Of a stretch of DNA of 9,701 nucleotides, positions 5,643-9,701 are shown in pieces; positions within the stretch are counted from its first letter, which is position 1, and each line of letters opens with the position of its first letter. The translations under genes were made by a program, and so were the position numbers. The stretch is taken from the NCBI GenBank assembly GCA_008932965.1, contig WBXG01000062.1, forward strand, positions 1 through 9,701, given 5' to 3'. This DNA is from Verrucomicrobiota bacterium. GTDB taxonomy: Bacteria; Verrucomicrobiota; Verrucomicrobiia; Chthoniobacterales; UBA6821. Below the pieces are notes generated by a model, which was given only the letters and a program-made list of their open reading frames with translations, made no database searches and was not told the origin of the DNA.

Positions 5643-6610
5643 ATTTCTTTTCTTCTTCACCCGTAGCAACAGTGGCCATCAATCTTCGACCACGACCAGG
5701 ATCGTGGGGAGGGGCTAACCAGTGGACCACTCAACTTACACGATGGCTTTCCTATCATGGATGGTCGGTACGTTATGATTTAAAGAAAATTCCTGATGTT
5801 ATCGTGATGACTCACACAGGCCTTGCAGCAGGAACAACGTTTGGTGTTCATGAAATTTCAGAGTTAAAAAACAAGCATCCTGAAATTCCGTGCCTTCACC
5901 GGATTAATGATAATGATTTGCGCAAAGAATCGTCGACCATGAACACATTCTTAGCAGAGAGTCATCAAGTTGCTGACCATACTGTTTTCGTTTCTAAATG
6001 GCTTCGTGATTATCATGCTACCCATTGGTTTGACACCTCCAAACCTCATTCCGTAATTACTCCGGGAGCAGACCCTCGTTTTTTTCATCCCATCGGCAAT
6101 CATCTCCCATCTCCTTCCGAGCCACTCCGTTTGGTGACGCATCATTGGTCGGATCATTGGAACAAAGGATTTGATGTCTATCAGGAGATCGATGCATGGA
6201 TTGCTGCACAACAATCCCCAAACTATGAACTCTGGATCATCGGACGCTGGCCCAAGGAGATTCGTTGGAAAGCAGCTCGTACCTTTTCTCCTCAAAGTGG
6301 AGAAAAACTAGCAGCACTCCTGCGTCAATGTCATGGCTATGTCAGTGCCTCTCGCTATGAGCCTGGGGCGATGCATATTGCTGAAGGTTTGCAGTGTGGT
6401 CTTCCACTTCTCTACCACCCCGATACGGGTGGTACTGTGGAACAAGGAGTTCGCTTTGGAATGGAAATTCAAGATGATTGGGGGGTAACACTCCCATTTT
6501 TTGCTCAACAACTTCCTGAGCTTCGGGACAAGCTTCTTTCGAATCCTCCCTCAGGAAGTAAAATGGCGTTCGAATATCATCAGCTGATCCAAAAAATGAT
6601 GACAGCATGA
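5639..6610 (+). CDS. GT-B fold glycosyltransferase (group 1 / GT4-like)
   Basis: 323-aa ORF. The N-terminal SWGGANQWTTQLTRWLSYHGWSV resembles the GT4 GG...L...G motif. The C-terminal VSASRYEPGAMHIAEGLQCGLPLLYHPDTGG matches the GT1/GT4 E-x7-E nucleotide-sugar binding signature. ATGA overlaps occur at both ends (5639-5642 and 6607-6610). Confidence 0.75.
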   Translation: MNFFSSSPVATVAINLRPRPGSWGGANQWTTQLTRWLSYHGWSVRYDLKKIPDVIVMTHTGLAAGTTFGVHEISELKNKHPEIPCLHRINDNDLRKESSTMNTFLAESHQVADHTVFVSKWLRDYHATHWFDTSKPHSVITPGADPRFFHPIGNHLPSPSEPLRLVTHHWSDHWNKGFDVYQEIDAWIAAQQSPNYELWIIGRWPKEIRWKAARTFSPQSGEKLAALLRQCHGYVSASRYEPGAMHIAEGLQCGLPLLYHPDTGGTVEQGVRFGMEIQDDWGVTLPFFAQQLPELRDKLLSNPPSGSKMAFEYHQLIQKMMTA

Positions 6611-8349
6611 AGCAGAGTTTCCTTCCCAAAGTTTTTTTTATGCCGGGCGATGGTCACGGTTGGGCTCTGGATGAAGACCTCAGGCAGATGCGTATGGCCT
6701 TGACCGGGATTGTTCAGGAGACAAGCCTTGCTAGAGCTGAGATCATTCATACTCCTTTCTGGCAAGGACTCTCGGTGGTTCATCCCGAAATCTTACAGAA
6801 GGCTTTTGTCATCGCGCATGCTGATAACCCTCCATTTTTTTATTTGAAGCAACCTGATTTTTTACGAGGGCAGCAACATGTGGATTTATGGGTGGCACGC
6901 TCGAGTGAGGCTTTTGAGCAGTTTCATGCCTTACGTCTCCCGGTGACCTACATTCCCTATACGATTGATGAAAAACTTTTTTTTCCGATTGCAGACAAAA
7001 AATCTTTAAGAAAAAAATTTGGAATTCCTGAAAAATCTTATGTCATTACAAACCTACATCGCGACAGCGAAGGAGCAAATTTATCTACCCCTAAATTTCA
7101 AAAAGCTCCTGAGCTCATGGTCGAGATTCTCAAAGAGCTTCATGCAAGAGATCTCTCCTTTCACGTGCTGCTGGCAGGGCCCCGTCGTCATTGGATTCGG
7201 CATGCACTTGCCAAAGTAGGTATTCCTTTTACATTTGTTGGCAAAAGTGACGTGGAAGGAGATGATTTTGGAGTCAATATTTTAGAACGTTCTATTCTCA
7301 ATGAACTCATGAGTGCTGCTGATCTCATGCTCATTCCCTCCCGTTGGGAAGGAGGGCCTCAGTCAATCATGGAAGGAGCTGCATGCCGTTGTAAAATCCT
7401 GAGCACTCCTGTTGGGTTAGCTTACGATATTTTGGAACCACTATCTCTTTATCATTCTATTTCGGAAGCGGCCAATCGTATTGCTGAAGATCAAAAGAAA
7501 AATATTTTACAACCAACTCTTGAGCCTCAGTGGAAGCGCTGGCAGCAGTCGCATACCATGCAAAGGATGAAAAAGGACTTACAGGAGCTTTATCAAAAAT
7601 TGCCAAACGATACTTTGTTTCAGAAAAAAAGCATTGCTTCTCGTCATTCTTGGATACAAGCACAACGAATGCAAATTTTTCATTCTATTGGAAATAGGAT
7701 TTGCAAAAAGAGGCTACCATCTCATGTGGGGTGGAATCATCACGTAGGGAAGGATCATGATCTTGATCAAATTTTTGGAAGCCTTGGAAACATTCTCAAA
7801 GACTTGAATATTTTAACGCGTCCTGCCAATGGTTCTGGGATTGAATTCATTGGTTTCCCAACTAAGGATCTTCTCCCAATTCAGAAAAGTTGCTCTCGTT
7901 TTCAATGGATTACACCATCGATGTCATGTGCTTCCCTTTTGCAAGAAGCATCTATTATTGCACCTGGAGTTCAAGACATCGTGAAACTGAGGAGTGCAGG
8001 TTTGTTGAATTCCGTAATGGTACTTCCTCTTCCGATTCTTTCTGATCAAGACTTATGCGAAGAGCCATTGGTTATTTATGAGAAGGATACAACAGCCTCG
8101 CTCACAATTTGGAAAGCCATGGCGGCTGGGCGTCCGATTATTTATCCCATCGCATCAGCTTATTATGAACAAGTCTTTCATGGAGGGTTTTCTTATCAAC
8201 AGGAACAAGAGATTCCGATGCTTCTAGAAATGGCTCGGAAAGAGGCACCGCAACTCAGGGCGCTTGCAAAAGTTCCAAGTAGAGAGTCAGCACAAAAAGC
8301 CATTAAACAATTATTGGAAATCATCGCCATCGAAAATAAATTTCTTTAG
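6607..8349 (+). CDS. Large two-part glycosyltransferase: N-terminal GT4-like domain plus about 200-aa C-terminal extension with a second GT-B C-lobe-like segment
   Basis: 580-aa ORF. LMLIPSRWEGGPQSIMEGAACRCKILSTPVGLAYDIL is a GT1/GT4 signature. The C-terminal ASLTIWKAMAAGRPIIYPIASAY resembles a second EAMA.G.PVI-type motif. It is translationally coupled to the preceding gene. Confidence 0.7.
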   Translation: MKQSFLPKVFFMPGDGHGWALDEDLRQMRMALTGIVQETSLARAEIIHTPFWQGLSVVHPEILQKAFVIAHADNPPFFYLKQPDFLRGQQHVDLWVARSSEAFEQFHALRLPVTYIPYTIDEKLFFPIADKKSLRKKFGIPEKSYVITNLHRDSEGANLSTPKFQKAPELMVEILKELHARDLSFHVLLAGPRRHWIRHALAKVGIPFTFVGKSDVEGDDFGVNILERSILNELMSAADLMLIPSRWEGGPQSIMEGAACRCKILSTPVGLAYDILEPLSLYHSISEAANRIAEDQKKNILQPTLEPQWKRWQQSHTMQRMKKDLQELYQKLPNDTLFQKKSIASRHSWIQAQRMQIFHSIGNRICKKRLPSHVGWNHHVGKDHDLDQIFGSLGNILKDLNILTRPANGSGIEFIGFPTKDLLPIQKSCSRFQWITPSMSCASLLQEASIIAPGVQDIVKLRSAGLLNSVMVLPLPILSDQDLCEEPLVIYEKDTTASLTIWKAMAAGRPIIYPIASAYYEQVFHGGFSYQQEQEIPMLLEMARKEAPQLRALAKVPSRESAQKAIKQLLEIIAIENKFL

Positions 8350-8396
8350 GATAAGCAGTATTGAATTCATGGTATCTCAGAGTGTCTAAAAAATTT

Positions 8397-8402
8397 AGGG
8401 GA
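8397..8402 (+). promoter_or_regulatory. Shine-Dalgarno-like AGGGGA, 9 nt upstream of ATG 8412
   Basis: It is the strongest SD-like sequence in the window. It supports ATG 8412 as the ancestral and probably current start of the autotransporter gene. The internal GTG at 8617 has no comparable SD. Confidence 0.5.
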
Positions 8403-8411
8403 TAACCCTTT

Positions 8412-9701
8412 ATGAAGAAAAACCAAGCTCTTCTAGCTAAGATATTTCATGCTCATCTAATACTGCAACCGGGAAGCCAGTTGGATACAGCATCAAACTC
8501 CTATTGTGACTTGAGCCGTTTGGATGCATGCAGCTCTGCTTCTAAATACTCGCAAGCCAGGTCCTATCAGCCTTCGAAGTTTCCTCGTTACTATCAGTAT
8601 GAAATACACTGGCTAGTGCTGCTTATTATCGTGATCAGTCAATTGTTGGTGTCACATGTCATTGCACAATCATCAACTAATAATCTATACGTTGGTAGTA
8701 ATAGCTCTGGCCAGACGACCACTTTCACAAGTGGTACTAATTCCTACAACAACACCTATGTTGGTTATGCAAGTGGTGCTTCCAATAATAGCCTGAGTAT
8801 TATTAATGCAGGAACCCAACTTACAAATAGTTCATCCCTCATTATTGGCGTTGAGGGAGCAAATAATTCAATGACGATCTCCAGTGGTGGAAGAGTTGTC
8901 AATAATAGTGGAGTGATTGGATCTAGTAACTCTTCTTCTAACAACTCCGTTTTTGTGACTGGCACTGGATCCGTTTGGACTAACAGTGGCAATCTCACTA
9001 TTGGTCTTACTGGAGCAAATAATACTCTCACTATTGCAAATCGAGCTACGGTATATGCACGCAGTGGAGTCATTATAGGTAGCAATGGGATTCTCAAAGG
9101 AAATGGCACTCTTAATGCCTCAGTAACCAATAATGGACTTCTAGCTCCTGGATATCCTACAGGGAAATTAACCATTAATGGGAATGTCGCACAAAGCTCG
9201 AGTGGGACCCTCCAAATCAAAGTGGTAAATTCAAACGCTTACAGTAAACTTCAAGTCAATGGTAGTGTCACTCTTGCCGGCACCTTAGAAATCACCCCTA
9301 TTGAAAGTTCACTAAGCTATGGAGAGAAATTGACTTTTCTAAATTCATCAGGGCCGATTAAAGGAAGCTTCAATACCGTTCAAGTAGATGAGCCCTATTG
9401 CCGTGGCCGAGTTCAGATCATTGGAGACCCACAAGCCATAGTCACCATTGCTCCTACAAGCTACACATATTTAGCCCAGAATCAAAATCAAACCAATGTG
9501 GCCACTGCTCTTGATAGCTTCATCCCAGCAATTAGTGGGGATGAGCTTCTCGTTGCAACTGGCCTTGATTCTCTCACCGCTGCACAATATCCAGCAGCCT
9601 TGAATGCCATCATGCCCATCCTTTACCAATCCCTCTCTACGATTGCTTTCAATATCGACAATGCCCAGAATCAAGAACTCATTCAGCGCCTCTGGGGAGT
9701 C
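8412..9701 (+). CDS. Autotransporter (type Va) adhesin-like protein, first 430 codons (3' end beyond the window), carrying a 60-codon in-frame element insertion in its signal peptide
   Basis: Own translation, open from ATG 8412 to 9701 in frame. The N/S/T-rich passenger has strand-loop-strand type repeats (NNSVFVTGTGSVWTNSGNLTIGLTGANNTLTIANRATV). A typical pre-barrel segment follows (NNGLLAPGYPTGKLTINGNVAQSSSGTLQIKV...LQVNGSVTLAGTLEI). Then comes the junction/start of the autotransporter beta-domain (NQTNVATALDSFIPAISGDELLVATGLDSLTAAQYPAALNAIMPILYQSL). It is not in the ORF track because it is open-ended. Whether translation through the insert yields an exported protein is unknown. Confidence 0.85.
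   Translation, partial: MKKNQALLAKIFHAHLILQPGSQLDTASNSYCDLSRLDACSSASKYSQARSYQPSKFPRYYQYEIHWLVLLIIVISQLLVSHVIAQSSTNNLYVGSNSSGQTTTFTSGTNSYNNTYVGYASGASNNSLSIINAGTQLTNSSSLIIGVEGANNSMTISSGGRVVNNSGVIGSSNSSSNNSVFVTGTGSVWTNSGNLTIGLTGANNTLTIANRATVYARSGVIIGSNGILKGNGTLNASVTNNGLLAPGYPTGKLTINGNVAQSSSGTLQIKVVNSNAYSKLQVNGSVTLAGTLEITPIESSLSYGEKLTFLNSSGPIKGSFNTVQVDEPYCRGRVQIIGDPQAIVTIAPTSYTYLAQNQNQTNVATALDSFIPAISGDELLVATGLDSLTAAQYPAALNAIMPILYQSLSTIAFNIDNAQNQELIQRLWGV
8433..8616 (+). mobile_element. Full-length 176-bp palindromic MITE-like element (8437-8612) with flanking CTAG/CTAG, inserted inside the autotransporter coding region
   Basis: The arms are 8437-8458 (CTAAGATATTTCATGCTCATCT) and 8591-8612 (CTATCAGTATGAAATACACTGG). 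CTAG lies at 8433-8436 and 8613-8616. It aligns without gaps and at equal length with the reverse complement of 4541-4716. Confidence 0.8.

Noticed and set aside
8765-9220. 151-aa minus-strand track ORF.
   Set aside because: It lies entirely antisense within the autotransporter passenger, whose repeat architecture and junction motifs are unmistakable on the plus strand.

Overview
The window holds about 8 protein genes. Left to right: the 5' part of a minus-strand secreted hypothetical protein, which is open-ended and absent from the ORF track. A GspE/PilB-type secretion ATPase follows, then the MurJ lipid II flippase 19 nt downstream. A convergent 52-aa entericidin-family lipoprotein comes next and is also missing from the track. 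Then come three translationally coupled glycosyltransferases (ATGA stop/start overlaps). Last is the 5' 430 codons of an autotransporter, again open-ended and not in the track. The autotransporter repeat style and roughly mid-40s % GC suggest a Verrucomicrobia/PVC-like host, but that is a low-confidence guess.

The main unexplained signal is a repeat family in all three larger intergenic regions. It is a 176-bp imperfectly palindromic, MITE-like element with ~22-nt inverted arms (consensus CGATCAGTATGAAATATGCGGG toward the tip). Each copy is flanked by a matching 4-mer: TTAA/TTAA for one copy and CTAG/CTAG for the other. There are two full copies in opposite orientation (4541-4716 and 8437-8612). 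They align without gaps at about 125/176 identical positions by hand count. There is also a 58-bp minimal copy between murJ and the entericidin gene, plus two solo arms.

The second full copy sits inside the signal-peptide coding region of the autotransporter. It adds exactly 180 bp (60 codons) in frame with no stop. Removing it restores a textbook signal peptide, MKKNQALLVLLIIVISQLLVSHVIA/QSS. The other, intergenic copy keeps the same 60-codon frame open. This resembles the in-frame Rickettsia palindromic elements. No rRNA, tRNA, CRISPR array or transposase gene was recognised.
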